48,434 nucleotides of DNA, taken from NCBI GenBank assembly GCA_021163505.1, contig JAGGVE010000041.1, forward strand, positions 1 through 48,434, in the 5' to 3' direction. The notes under the pieces are model-generated. The model had not been told where the DNA came from. It was given only the letters and a program-made list of their open reading frames with translations, and did not search any database. This document shows, piece after piece, positions 10,969-19,574 of this stretch. The stretch comes from Candidatus Iainarchaeum sp. GTDB taxonomy: Archaea; Iainarchaeota; Iainarchaeia; Iainarchaeales; DTGL01. Each line of letters opens with the position of its first letter. Within the stretch, counting starts at the first letter, position 1. Both the position numbers and the translations under genes were made by a program.

Positions 10969-11937
10969 TCAACCTTTGAAATATTTTCTATAAAAGCTTG
11001 CTGCCTGCTCCGGAGCAACGATATTTATTATGCATTCTGTTGCTTCCTCATAGCCTGCTCTTAAAAGCAACCTCGGCATTAAATTGAGATGCATATGAAA
11101 GTCTTGCTTTATCGGCATATGGATGAAATAATTGAAGTCAGCATTTAGCTGCTTTAAAGCAAGCAGTGCCTTTTTAAGTGCAACCGCAAACTCGCCAAAC
11201 TCAGCATTGCTGAGCTCAGCAATATTTTTTCTATGCGCTTTCGGAAAAAATAATAGCTGATAAGCGGCTCTAGAAGCAAAAGGGGTGAAGCAAGCAATGT
11301 GCTTACCGTTATACACCGCACGCTTAGATTTAAGCTCGGTTTTTATTATTTTACAATAGGGGCAAGAACCTTTTTTCCTTTTGTATTCCTCAAACGCATT
11401 TAACTCGTTTCCAAAGCGCTCGCTGATTTTATTTACTGCAATTATTTGCGAATGCGCATGCGATAGGCTAGCGCCAGCGCTAAATCCCTGGTTTTTAAAT
11501 ATTGTTATTTCTTTTACGCGTTTTATTCTGCTCAGAGCAAGGAAACGCTCTTTATAAATCTGCAATAGCTCAGCGATTTCCCCAACGCTTAAATCAGCCA
11601 AATCTTTATTGTGGTCAGGAGTTTCAACTATTACCTCGTGCGTTCCAAAAGCAGTAAACGCTTTCAAAAATTCCTTATTCACTTTTTTTATCTTTCCCTT
11701 TGTTTGCACCGCTGGGTATTTATTTGGAACAACGCGCTTGCGCCATTTTCCATTTTTGTCAGCATAGCGAGCAATTTCCTTAGGAGTCCAATCCTCATGC
11801 CCGGGGCAAAAAGGGCATTTGCTTTTAGGTGAGCGCTTTGCTTTATGCTTTAAGTGCTGTGGTCTCTGGCTGCGCGAGGTTGCAATTATAACCCATTCAT
11901 CCAGCAGATAATCCTTCCTAAGCTCGTGCATGTGCAT
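10969..11937 (-). CDS. galT: GalT-family (HIT superfamily) hexose-1-phosphate nucleotidyltransferase / NDP-sugar phosphorylase
   Basis: 322 aa. Zn motif 'CPFCPGHE' and histidine triad-like 'SHAHSQIIA'. It lies 5 nt upstream of the phosphohexomutase gene. Confidence 0.78.
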   Translation of the reverse strand: MHMHELRKDYLLDEWVIIATSRSQRPQHLKHKAKRSPKSKCPFCPGHEDWTPKEIARYADKNGKWRKRVVPNKYPAVQTKGKIKKVNKEFLKAFTAFGTHEVIVETPDHNKDLADLSVGEIAELLQIYKERFLALSRIKRVKEITIFKNQGFSAGASLSHAHSQIIAVNKISERFGNELNAFEEYKRKKGSCPYCKIIKTELKSKRAVYNGKHIACFTPFASRAAYQLLFFPKAHRKNIAELSNAEFGEFAVALKKALLALKQLNADFNYFIHMPIKQDFHMHLNLMPRLLLRAGYEEATECIINIVAPEQAASFYRKYFKG

Positions 11938-11940
11938 ATA

Positions 11941-12010
11941 AAAGTTGTTGAATATTTATATATCTTTTTATATCGTTCCTAAAAAAAGAAGAATAGTATT
12001 CAACAACTTT
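11941..12010. promoter_or_regulatory. 14-bp perfect inverted repeat (AAAGTTGTTGAATA ... TATTCAACAACTTT) bracketing the AT-rich galT promoter region
   Basis: Arms are at 11941-11954 and 11997-12010, with a 42-nt AT-rich spacer. The TATA-like ATATAAATA (minus sense) lies about 18-24 nt upstream of the galT ATG. Confidence 0.4.
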
Positions 12011-12085
12011 TTATAAAAGAAACAAAAAGTTAAATATCCTTTATGGTTCAAAGATAGCATTGATATTTTTCAATTGCGAAATTCA

Positions 12086-12586
12086 TCAAACGCGCAAATA
12101 CTTCGCTATTTGCTCCGCGCAGTTGCTGCAGTAAGCCGCCTGCTTTTCATCCACTTCAGCAAGCGAATTTGAAAAGCTCATAACGCATTGCTTATTTTGG
12201 CAGTGCTGCAAACCAAGCACATGTCCGAGTTCATGTAAGCATTCCTTCACTAATCTCTTAAAGAAAAGTTGCTCCGCCTGCCTAAGCCTATACCAAGAAA
12301 CAATGCAGCACTTTGTTGCAAAGCTTGCTAAACCAAAAACAAAGTTTAAATCTCTATAGAATAAATCGCTAGCGGTCAAACCAATTGCAATATCGCAAGC
12401 ATGCTTTCTTCTTATAATACTGAGCTCGCCTAAAAAATCGCTTGCGTTTAGCTGATTCTCTCTTGCTAAGCACTCTGGCTTCTTAGCCCTTATAATTTCA
12501 ACTTCAAATTTGAATCCTTTTTCCAGCACGCTTTTTAGCTTATTTACAAGGCTTAGCTCATCAAAGAGCACAACCAAGCAACGCAT
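12086..12586 (-). CDS. amzA: Archaemetzincin (zinc metalloprotease)
   Basis: 166 aa. Full signature 'HELGHVLGLQHCQNKQCVMS...CSNC' (HExxHxxGxxHCxxxxCxM...CxxC). Confidence 0.85.
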   Translation of the reverse strand: MRCLVVLFDELSLVNKLKSVLEKGFKFEVEIIRAKKPECLARENQLNASDFLGELSIIRRKHACDIAIGLTASDLFYRDLNFVFGLASFATKCCIVSWYRLRQAEQLFFKRLVKECLHELGHVLGLQHCQNKQCVMSFSNSLAEVDEKQAAYCSNCAEQIAKYLRV

Positions 12587-13321
12587 TCAATCACCTAAAA
12601 GCTCTTTAAGCTTCAAACAGTTTTTCGGTGCGCTGGCATTGAAATCATTATTAAAGAATGCATATACTGCTTTCGGCTTTGCCTTCTTTATTTTCTCCGC
12701 CCAGCTTTGCAGTTCCTGTTCGGAATAATCATGCCTATACCATTGCTCTGTGCCATGGAATCTAATGTAAGCATCCTTGCTTGTTTTTATAACGCTTTCA
12801 GGGATTCCTAAGCGCTTTGGCGCAGAAACACTCACAAAGCACAGCTTGGCTTTTTTCATTTTATCATAAATCTCTTTACAAAACCAGGATTTATGCCTAA
12901 ATTCTATAAAGTTTTTATACTCCGTATTAAGCTGCCCTTGCATCCGCTTGAAAAACTCGTTACTTTTATGGATTGAAGGCGGCAGCTGAAATAGTATGCC
13001 AGCAAGCTTTTCACCAAGCAGCTCAGCGAGCGTATAAAATTTTCCCACTGCTTGCTCCGTATCTTTAAACCTTTTTATATGCGTTATTTCGCGATTGGCT
13101 TTCAACACAAGCTTAAAATTTTCTGGCGTTTTCTTAACCCAGTTCTTTAGGGTGCTCTCTTTAGGCCAGTGATAAAAGCTGGAATTTATTTCTAAAGCGT
13201 TGAAATGCTCAGCGTAAAATTCAAGCCACTTGCTTGTTGGCAGGTCTTCAGGGTAAAATAATCCGCGCCAGTGCCAGTAATAGAACCCGGAGCAGCCCAA
13301 ATACTTATCCAATAAAATCAC
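12587..13321 (-). CDS. DUF72 family protein
   Basis: 244 aa. 'GCSGFYYWHWRGLFYP...WLEFYAEHFNALEINSSFY' is the typical DUF72 N-terminal block. Abuts amzA with no gap. Confidence 0.78.
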   Translation of the reverse strand: MILLDKYLGCSGFYYWHWRGLFYPEDLPTSKWLEFYAEHFNALEINSSFYHWPKESTLKNWVKKTPENFKLVLKANREITHIKRFKDTEQAVGKFYTLAELLGEKLAGILFQLPPSIHKSNEFFKRMQGQLNTEYKNFIEFRHKSWFCKEIYDKMKKAKLCFVSVSAPKRLGIPESVIKTSKDAYIRFHGTEQWYRHDYSEQELQSWAEKIKKAKPKAVYAFFNNDFNASAPKNCLKLKELLGD

Positions 13322-13742
13322 CTAAGGAGCGCTGCTTCAGGAATTCGTAAGCTTTTTTCAACACCTGCTTAGCATTATTAAAAGTAACCTTCTTCACCGC
13401 TTCCTTATATGGAAGCCACTCATAGCCTATGTGCTCGAACGAAAGCTTCACTTCCTTGGTTGCACTTTCCACAAGGAAAAATATTACTTCTTTCTTTATC
13501 GTTTCACCGTTCTGCTTGAAAAAATAGGTTATGCGCTCTTCAAACCCGGGAATTACCTTTATGCTGGCAATTCCGGTTTCCTCCTTAAGCTCTCTTAACA
13601 TCGCTTCCTCTGCTGATTCGTTGCCTTCGATATGCCCTTTAGGAAAGTCCCAATGTCCTTTGCTGTAGTGCAAAAGCAGAAATTGCAAGTTAGCGTTTTC
13701 CCTTACGAACAGTACACAACCAGCACTTATTTCATTGCGCAT
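13305..13742 (-). CDS. Nudix hydrolase
   Basis: 145 aa. Nudix box 'GHWDFPKGHIEGNESAEEAMLRELKEETG'. Confidence 0.85.
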   Translation of the reverse strand: MRNEISAGCVLFVRENANLQFLLLHYSKGHWDFPKGHIEGNESAEEAMLRELKEETGIASIKVIPGFEERITYFFKQNGETIKKEVIFFLVESATKEVKLSFEHIGYEWLPYKEAVKKVTFNNAKQVLKKAYEFLKQRSLGDFIG

Positions 13743-13794
13743 GAAGAAAATGAAAATAAAAAAAGCTTAAATTTATTCCATTGCTTTGCGCCTG

Positions 13795-14508
13795 TTACTC
13801 AATAAATTGTCTGTATTCAAAGTGATTGAACTTATAAAGTAGGCGATTTATTTTAGAGCCTTTAAATGTGTATTTCTGCAACAATTCCATCATTTTTCCA
13901 GAGAATTCATCAAAGCTGTGCTCCTGCGTTGCATCGAGAAAATAAACAGTGTCCTTGAACTCCATTATCACAAATGCATGCGTACTCAAATCCTCGAGTT
14001 CAGCTATTACAACGCTTGCATTTTCATTCCCTAAGGCGAAGAGGATTGAGCAAAGAAAAACAGCTAAGTCCTCATCATCGGCAACTTTATGAGCTAACAT
14101 TTCAGCAGGCGTAAGCCAAAAGTTGAGCTCAACATCAGGCTTCACATAGCATATCTCTTTCTGCAGAAACTCAAATGCTTTCCTTGCGGCCCGCAGGAAA
14201 TCCTTTTCATAGTTATAGTTTTCTGGCTTAAACTGGGCAACCAAGGATTGCACCGTCAAATCATCTTTATTTATCAACCCTTTTATTTCACCAACAGTTT
14301 TTGTTTCCCGTTCGTTTATAAGCGGAGCATACTTTTTGAGCAGCAAGCGGTAGAGCTTAAGCCTTAAGCCCTTCTCAGAGAATTCAAATAGGCTCGTGGT
14401 TTTAAGCTTTGCTTTCAGCTCTTCGATTAAGGTTTCTTTCTCTTTAAGCTCCTTAGCAAGCTCACTAACCTTCTTCCTGAGCTCTATAACCTCATCGTTC
14501 TCTTCCAT
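13795..14508 (-). CDS. Coiled-coil protein with putative transglutaminase-like Cys-His-Asp core
   Basis: 237 aa. N-terminal heptad-rich 'ELRKKVSELAKELKEKETLIEELKAKLK'. C-terminal 'FLCSILFALG...STHAFVIMEF...YFLDAT' has C/H/D spacing reminiscent of transglutaminase-like peptidases. Confidence 0.45.
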   Translation of the reverse strand: MEENDEVIELRKKVSELAKELKEKETLIEELKAKLKTTSLFEFSEKGLRLKLYRLLLKKYAPLINERETKTVGEIKGLINKDDLTVQSLVAQFKPENYNYEKDFLRAARKAFEFLQKEICYVKPDVELNFWLTPAEMLAHKVADDEDLAVFLCSILFALGNENASVVIAELEDLSTHAFVIMEFKDTVYFLDATQEHSFDEFSGKMMELLQKYTFKGSKINRLLYKFNHFEYRQFIE

Positions 14509-14580
14509 ATATACATAATTTTTTGTCTGGTAAAGCCTTAAAACATATTTTTTTAAATAAAAGAGCTTATTTTAAGTAAG

Positions 14581-15681
14581 ATGAGCTCAGAAAGCATTGA
14601 TAAGCGAAAACTCAGAGAAGAGATAAAGGATGCTTTAGCAAGGCTTCGCAGGGAAAAGGCAGCAAGCATAGAAAAAGAAGTTGATGAAAGCATTGAATTT
14701 AGCGAATTGAAGAAAAGAGCAAGCGCGGAGTTGGAGAGAATAAAGGAGCATGCTATTTCTACAGCTGATAACGAGCTTGCATATGAGTGGTTGGCACATT
14801 ATAGTAACGAACGTTTAAAGCACGAGAATAAACTGATTTCGAGAATTGAAAAGGAGCTCGGAAAGCTGAGAGAAGCATTTTTAAAGAGAGAGATAAGTGT
14901 TAGGGAATTTAAAACGAAACTAAGTTCATTAAAAAGAGAGCTTATGGAAAGTAAAGCCTGCTCTCAGTTATTCCAAGATTTGCATGAAAGATCGCTTGAA
15001 AAACTAAAAAAATTCAAGCGTGTACCAAGCTTTGTAAGTGCTCAGCATGAACGCATGCCGAGCAAGTGGCATGAGATGATAAGGGAACGCTTTGCAGATC
15101 TCTTCCGCGAAGAAAAGCTGGAACGCTTAAGGGCATTGGAGAAAGAGCTAATTGTTGCATACCATATCACAGAGAAGGAAATAAGGAAAGCGCTGCGAAG
15201 GGCAAAGAAGCTTGAAAAAGAGCCTTTGCTTGATTTGCCTGCGTTGGAAAAGAAGGCAATGCGCGAACTTACTCTAATAGATAAGCTTTCGCAAGGCTTT
15301 GATTTCTTTTGGGAACGATTGCGCGCGTTAGATATTGTTGTTGAGATTAGGAAGTATCTTGAGCAAGAATCTCAGAAGCTTGTCCAACCTAAAGTAAAGA
15401 AGCCTCAAAAAGCGAAGAAATCGGCAAAAGGGAGAAAGAAAAAACAGAAAGAGACCAAAACAAAGAAACCAAAGAGAAAGCCAGCAAGGAAAAAAACAAA
15501 GAAGCGGAAACAAGCTAAAAAAGTTAAAAAGAAAAAGCCGAGCAAAAAGCACACAAAAAAACAGAAACAAAAGAAGAAAGCGAAACGCAAAACAATGTTT
15601 GCTGCAAAGCAAAAGAAAGCGCAAACAAGCGCTCAAAAAAGAAAAAAATCAAAGAAAGCTAAGCGAAAATTAAAACGCTAA
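14581..15681 (+). CDS. Coiled-coil protein with extremely Lys/Arg-rich C-terminal tail (H1-like)
   Basis: 366 aa. The last roughly 100 aa are almost entirely K/R/Q/P/A ('KVKKPQKAKKSAKGRKKKQKETKTKKPKRKPARKKTKKRKQAKKVKKKKPSKKH...'). The underlying DNA from about 15390 to 15678 is a purine-rich low-complexity tract. Confidence 0.65.
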   Translation: MSSESIDKRKLREEIKDALARLRREKAASIEKEVDESIEFSELKKRASAELERIKEHAISTADNELAYEWLAHYSNERLKHENKLISRIEKELGKLREAFLKREISVREFKTKLSSLKRELMESKACSQLFQDLHERSLEKLKKFKRVPSFVSAQHERMPSKWHEMIRERFADLFREEKLERLRALEKELIVAYHITEKEIRKALRRAKKLEKEPLLDLPALEKKAMRELTLIDKLSQGFDFFWERLRALDIVVEIRKYLEQESQKLVQPKVKKPQKAKKSAKGRKKKQKETKTKKPKRKPARKKTKKRKQAKKVKKKKPSKKHTKKQKQKKKAKRKTMFAAKQKKAQTSAQKRKKSKKAKRKLKR

Positions 15682-16191
15682 TTATTTCTCAATTGAAAGC
15701 TTCTTCTTTAATGCTATTTCAACATTTTCAGGCACGAACCCTTTTACGCATGCGCCAAGCTTTACAAGCTCTTTCACAATAGTAGAATTTATATAGAAGT
15801 ATTCAGGGCTTGTCATTATGAAAACAGTATCTACCTCGTTATAGAGTTTTCTATTTATAATCGCCTGCTGAAACTCATAGCTAAAATCGCTCACTTCGCG
15901 CAAACCGCGCAATATTGTTTTTGCACCCTTTCTTTTCATATAGTTCACAAGCAAGCCGGTAAATGATTCAACCTCAACATTTTCAATACCAGCTAAAGCA
16001 TCTTTTGCAAGCTGCACACGCTCCTCCACAGTGAACAACGGCGTTTTTCTTGGATTTGTGGTTATAGCAACAATAACTCTATTGAAGATTCGCACAGCGC
16101 GCTTTATCACATCTACATGGCCTAAAGTAATTGGATCAAAGGTGCCTGCATACACAGCAATTCTCCCATTATCACCAGCATCATTTTTCAT
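15682..16191 (-). CDS. coaD: Phosphopantetheine adenylyltransferase, bacterial CoaD type
   Basis: 169 aa. 'AVYAGTFDPITLGHVDVIKRA' and 'ILRGLREVSDFSYEFQ' are near-collinear with bacterial CoaD as I recall it from E. coli. Confidence 0.88.
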   Translation of the reverse strand: MKNDAGDNGRIAVYAGTFDPITLGHVDVIKRAVRIFNRVIVAITTNPRKTPLFTVEERVQLAKDALAGIENVEVESFTGLLVNYMKRKGAKTILRGLREVSDFSYEFQQAIINRKLYNEVDTVFIMTSPEYFYINSTIVKELVKLGACVKGFVPENVEIALKKKLSIEK

Positions 16192-16771
16192 ACAAACACC
16201 CTATTTGTTTAAATATTCTCAATGCTTGCTTTTCCATTCTTTCTGGCTCAAATATATTATCTATTATGAAGTTTGCGTTTTTAACCTTTTGTGCTAGAGG
16301 CGCCTGTGCTTTCATCCTCGCAAGAGCTTCCTCCTTTGTAAAACCCATCTTCATAAGCCTTTCTATCTGCTGCTTTCTTTTTGCCCTGACAACAACAATA
16401 AAATCAAACATGCCTGCTAAAGAAGCTTCGAAAAGCAGAGGCACCTCAACAAAGATGCAGCGATGCTTTTTCCTAGCACGCATTATCTCCTTATTCAGCT
16501 TTTTAATTACTTCCGGATGTATTATTGCTTCCAGCTTTTTCCTAGCAACAGCATCCTTAAAAACAAGCTTGGCAAGCTCTTTCTTACCGTATGTACTAAA
16601 AGTCTTCTTTAGCCTTTGCTTAATCTTTTTCCTTTTATAAAGCTCGTTTACAATGGCATCGCAATCTATAGTGTACGCGCCAAGCTTCTTGAAGCTCTTT
16701 AATGCTAACGACTTGCCGCAAGCGATATTGCCTGTGATTGCAATAACTGGCATAAAATTCATATTAATCAA
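16181..16771 (-). CDS. coaE: Dephospho-CoA kinase, bacterial/eukaryotic CoaE type
   Basis: P-loop 'IAITGNIACGKS' and a size of about 190 aa. Overlaps coaD by 11 nt. The likely true start is the Met at 16753 ('MPVIAITG'). Confidence 0.83.
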   Translation of the reverse strand: MINMNFMPVIAITGNIACGKSLALKSFKKLGAYTIDCDAIVNELYKRKKIKQRLKKTFSTYGKKELAKLVFKDAVARKKLEAIIHPEVIKKLNKEIMRARKKHRCIFVEVPLLFEASLAGMFDFIVVVRAKRKQQIERLMKMGFTKEEALARMKAQAPLAQKVKNANFIIDNIFEPERMEKQALRIFKQIGCLYEK

Positions 16772-16936
16772 AAAAAGAGATAAATTGCTCGTTTTTTAGT
16801 AAAGCTAAACTGGTTAAGTTTTCTAACTTTTATTACAATTTTGGTAAGAAATTCTAAAAAGATACCTTTAATAATAAGCTATGCTGCAATTAATTTGGTG
16901 CAAGCAGTTTTGTTGCCTCGTGCAACATGAGTTCCA

Positions 16937-18262
16937 TCAGGAACTTTCGCTGCTTGTACCATTTTTCATTGACTTTTTCTCCGCATTTACAACAATTTTA
17001 ATATCTTTCTTAAGTGTGCTTGAGAGCACCTCTTGAAGATTTTTAATCAATACAGCAAGCTCTTCTTTGAGTTTGCTCTTTTTTTGCTCACTTTCGCTTA
17101 TCTCCTTTTTTACTTCGCTAAGTTCTCGTTCAGAGTGCTTTAGTTCTTGCTCAGCTTGCTGGATTGCTTTTATTATTGTATTCTTTCTAAGTTCCTTTTG
17201 AATCTTGAGCGTTTCACCCTCAAGCTCGTTTAATGGCCAGAAGAACTCGTTGAAAAAGTCCTTCTTGGCTAGTTTTAAAATAGCGTTTTGTGTCTTTACC
17301 AAACCCCTCTCTTTCAGCGTAACTGCATTTTGCTTTATTGCATTTTCAAGCTCATTCAAAAGCGCTTTTATGTGCTCTCCTTTAGGATCAATTTTTATAA
17401 GCGAAAGTGGCTCTTCAAAAAGCAACGAAATTGTTTTAAGCTCGCGCTCTTTAAGTAAGTAAACTCCGCGATCGTTTGCTTTCTTTAGCCTCTGCAACGC
17501 TTTCTTTATATCTGCGATCTCTAACTGGAGACGCTCTCTCAGCAGAGCTCTTTTCTCAGCAAGCTCTTTCTCTTTCCTCTCCAGCTCTTCAAGCATCCTT
17601 GCCTGCTTTGAGCTTTTGAGCTTATCAAGCTTTTCCTTCGCCTTTGCCTTTTTCTCTTCAACACTTTTTAATGAACCTTCTAGTTCTGAAAGCTTTTGTT
17701 CAAGCGTTTCTAAATCGGCCTTCTTTTTTTCTATATCGCTTAGCAGCTTTTCTATCATTGTTGAGAACACAATTGGATTAGCGTTAATCACAAGCCTCAG
17801 TTTCTCTAGCGATTCGTCTATGCTTTTAAAATTTTTTCCTATTGCGCGCATATGTTCAGCCAATAAAGCGCTTGTATATGCAATGCTTTTGCCACTTGCA
17901 AATATTTCCTTTTGCAGGCTGAGCTTGCTTTCATAGCAATAATCGGCTATCTGTTGTGCGCTAGCATCAAAAGGCGGCTCTATTTTTTGCAATAAAGCGC
18001 GCAATCTTTTTACTGCTTGCTTTCTGCTTGTTTCAACCGCCTTTTCAAAGCGCTCATTTTCGCTTTTTATCGGCAACTTTTCCACTTCATCCAAAAGCGC
18101 TCTAATCTCTTTTATGGAATGTTTGATCTCCGCAAATATCTCGGGCACTGCTCTTTCAAGCACATCTGTTTTAGCTCTTTCCTTCTCAACAAATTCTCTG
18201 ACTTCATTAAGCTCCACAGCAATGCTTTCGCGCTTTCCAAAAAGCCCCGAAAGAAAACCCAT
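16937..18262 (-). CDS. Long coiled-coil protein, unknown function (N-terminus 'MGFLSGLFGK')
   Basis: 441 aa, dominated by E/K/L heptad-like sequence. TATA-like element ATATAAATATTCAA lies 16-29 nt upstream of the ATG. Confidence 0.65.
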   Translation of the reverse strand: MGFLSGLFGKRESIAVELNEVREFVEKERAKTDVLERAVPEIFAEIKHSIKEIRALLDEVEKLPIKSENERFEKAVETSRKQAVKRLRALLQKIEPPFDASAQQIADYCYESKLSLQKEIFASGKSIAYTSALLAEHMRAIGKNFKSIDESLEKLRLVINANPIVFSTMIEKLLSDIEKKKADLETLEQKLSELEGSLKSVEEKKAKAKEKLDKLKSSKQARMLEELERKEKELAEKRALLRERLQLEIADIKKALQRLKKANDRGVYLLKERELKTISLLFEEPLSLIKIDPKGEHIKALLNELENAIKQNAVTLKERGLVKTQNAILKLAKKDFFNEFFWPLNELEGETLKIQKELRKNTIIKAIQQAEQELKHSERELSEVKKEISESEQKKSKLKEELAVLIKNLQEVLSSTLKKDIKIVVNAEKKSMKNGTSSESS

Positions 18263-18353
18263 AAGAGAAAAAAGCTATTGAATATTTATATCCCTTTCTA
18301 TAGGTCACGCAAAGCGGTCAGAAACCATTTTAAAAACAAAAAATATTTTTTGT

Positions 18354-19571
18354 TTGATGAAACCAAGAATCAATCCAAGACTAATAACAGAAACTCTCAA
18401 AAAACGAAAATCCATTAAGTTAGCTGCCAAGGATTTGGCGGTAAGCCCTGAAAACCTAATTGCAGCAAGAGATGGGCATATAAAGAAGCTCTACCTTCAA
18501 GGATACAATAAATCAGAGATTGCAAGAGCGGTTGGCTTAAGCAAGGAGCGGGTAAGGCAAATATTAGCTAGTGAAAGAATAGAGCTCTCAGAAAAGGAGC
18601 TTTATTTAAGAAGGTTCATAAGGCAGTATAATCCAAAAATAAAAGAGCCAAAGCTCTTGGAGGAATTTTTGAAGAGGAACATACACAGAAAAAGAGAAAC
18701 TTTGGCAAAATATCTCGGAGTAGAGGAAAAAGCATTGCGTAATCTAATAGATACTCTAGGGATAGCAAAATTTAAGAAGGAAAGTGTAAGAGCAGAATTG
18801 TTAGCATGGGCTAAACGCCAGAAACCAAGCAATCTTGCTTATGGCCAGATGTTTAAACAGAATAGAAGAATGCTTTTGAAGATTCTCGCTGCATTTAGGG
18901 AAAAGCCTGGAGAACACCGAAAAGCCCCTTTAAAAGTATATGAAAGGTTTTTGGCAGAACTCGGCTTAAGTAGAAAAGATGTTGGTATGCGCAGGGCCAG
19001 CGCAGGTAGCAGAGAAGAAATAAAGAAGCGTTTGCTTGAATATCTCTCAAAGCCAAGGTCAACAGCATCGCTAATATATCCTACAAAGAAGAAAGCTAAA
19101 GTAACGCGTGGCGTTGCAAGCAACTATCTAATTTACCCTATTTTAAGAGAGCTTCTAAAAAGCGGTGAAATAAAAGAGACCAGAATACTGGGAAAGGTTT
19201 ATTATTTTAAACCGGGGCAGGAGCATGCTGTAGAAAAGCTTAGGGGAAGAGCAGTTGCATTTGCTTTGAATTCACTTAAAAAGGGCAAAACAGGCTTTAG
19301 ATTTACCTTAAAGGATGCTAAAATTGCTATTCTTATGAGATTAAAAGAACCGCTCAGCTCTCAGGAGCTCCGCTTTATGAAAGCGAAGAGCGGTGTTGTA
19401 AGGCTTTGCAGCGGAAAATTGCTGTACTCTGCGATCGCCTCTTTAATGAAAGAAGGCAAACTTCTTTCTGAATACATAGGTGGCAGAAAATACTTTTTCA
19501 AGCCTGAACAGATGGAAGAAATAAAGAGGTTAGCTGAAGAATACCGGAAGGCTGGGAAAAGGCGCCGTTAA
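18354..19571 (+). CDS. Multi-HTH DNA-binding protein (sigma-70 region 4/LuxR-like HTH plus two winged-helix-like repeats)
   Basis: 405 aa. Contains 'GYNKSEIARAVGLSKERVRQIL'. Internal duplication: '...YPILRELLKSGEIKETRILGKVYYFKPGQE' versus '...YSAIASLMKEGKLLSEYIGGRKYFFKPEQM'. Confidence 0.6.
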   Translation: MMKPRINPRLITETLKKRKSIKLAAKDLAVSPENLIAARDGHIKKLYLQGYNKSEIARAVGLSKERVRQILASERIELSEKELYLRRFIRQYNPKIKEPKLLEEFLKRNIHRKRETLAKYLGVEEKALRNLIDTLGIAKFKKESVRAELLAWAKRQKPSNLAYGQMFKQNRRMLLKILAAFREKPGEHRKAPLKVYERFLAELGLSRKDVGMRRASAGSREEIKKRLLEYLSKPRSTASLIYPTKKKAKVTRGVASNYLIYPILRELLKSGEIKETRILGKVYYFKPGQEHAVEKLRGRAVAFALNSLKKGKTGFRFTLKDAKIAILMRLKEPLSSQELRFMKAKSGVVRLCSGKLLYSAIASLMKEGKLLSEYIGGRKYFFKPEQMEEIKRLAEEYRKAGKRRR

Positions 19572-19574
19572 GCA

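Noticed and set aside
15328-15636. Minus-strand ORFs (102 aa and 61 aa) rich in Phe/Leu/Cys opposite the Lys-rich tail
   Set aside because: They are a mirror-image artefact of the AAG/AAA-rich coding tract (the complement reads TTT/CTT). There is no independent coding signal.
16131-16640. 169-aa plus-strand ORF overlapping coaD/coaE
   Set aside because: It is antisense to two motif-supported genes, and its translation is hydrophobic low complexity.
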